The notes under the pieces were generated by a model that saw only the letters and a list, made by a program, of their open reading frames with translations, ran no database searches and was not told the DNA's origin. Made by a program: the position numbers and the translations under genes. This document shows, in pieces, positions 63,231 through 64,000 of a stretch of 64,000 nt of DNA. How positions within the stretch are numbered: position 1 is the stretch's first letter; every line of letters starts with the position of its first letter. The stretch is taken from NCBI RefSeq assembly GCF_004010195.1, contig NC_057719.1:70730692-70794691 (forward strand), given 5' to 3'. Origin of the DNA: Chiloscyllium plagiosum. Lineage: Eukaryota.

Positions 63231-63496
63231 CATTTTCATTATTCATGACACATTTATAGTCATTTTTTGCTGATAAAATTTGAATTTGTCTTTTTTTTAT
63301 ATTTTGCTTACGGCTTTTACCATCTCAAACTTTTTTTGCTTTGCTATTACAGATATAACCAGTGACTCTAAATGTTTTAGCAGTTTGGACTATGAGACCA
63401 AGTCTCAGAATTCAAAACAGATAAACATTGGACATATGTTAATCAATAATTGTTTATGATTACATTTAAAATGCAGCTCAGTCAGAAATATTATGT

Positions 63497-63598
63497 AGGA
63501 ACAATTCTGATGAAGACTTATCTAGACCCAAAACATTAGCTTGCTCTCTCTCTATGGGTGCTGTTTGACCTGCTATGATCTCCAGCATTTGTTGTTTC
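63497..63598 (+). mobile_element. 102-bp Penelope-derived insertion with degenerate hammerhead
   Basis: 14-bp TSD CAGAAATATTATGT (63483-63496 and 63599-63612). Reads CUGAUGAAG...AAAACAUU, then TGACCTGCT..GATCTCCAGCAT. Confidence 0.8.
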
Positions 63599-64000
63599 CA
63601 GAAATATTATGTGTTGGAATACAGTCAAGCTGATCTGTTTCAGATCAGAACTTCTTTTTTTCCAAGGATTCCAGTTACAAGAGGAGACCACAGAAAGGTT
63701 ATTAACCTACAAAGGAGAAAAACAGTGCAACTTTATGTGTGGCAGTTACAATAGTACATGAGTAGAGCATGGTATATATGTTTGTATTGGAAAAAGTGAT
63801 GCACAGATGCCTCAGAGTAAATGAGAAAATTCACTGATAAAAAGGAAAGTGAAGGTTTAAAGTATATGCTTATGAAAAATGTTTCTCATTATTTTTTCTG
63901 TTCCAGTTGATCATACACTAAAACCCTCTAGAAAATGACTGAGCTACGGTGATTACATATGGCTGCTTTCATCAATAATGATATGGCAGTTGCACTTTGA

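Overview
This is a repeat-dominated, gene-poor window of a eukaryotic genome, almost certainly a cartilaginous fish (shark). That call is inferred from HE1-type tRNA SINEs ending in (TAATC)n and abundant CR1-clade LINEs. It contains no intact protein-coding gene; the only host-gene signal is one candidate internal exon on the minus strand (19188-19308). The rest is nested transposable elements: many CR1 LINE fragments (one ~2.9 kb ORF2 with endonuclease and RT), two long Rex1/Babar-type LINEs, decayed Gypsy LTR remnants, PIF/Harbinger relics (transposase and Myb/SANT-like pieces), a Tigger-like MITE and SINEs. The most interesting signal is about 13 Penelope-like-element-derived minimal hammerhead-ribozyme motifs (CUGANGA-A-stemII-GAAACGUC). 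They sit in short insertions with 10-17 bp target-site duplications, several forming fold-back hairpins. One carries a tandem hammerhead pair whose stem-III tetramers (AUGU/ACAU) are mutually complementary. A 379-N assembly gap (43764-44142) lies inside a GIY-YIG Penelope element. Boundaries of old decayed elements are approximate and family calls were made by eye, without database searches.
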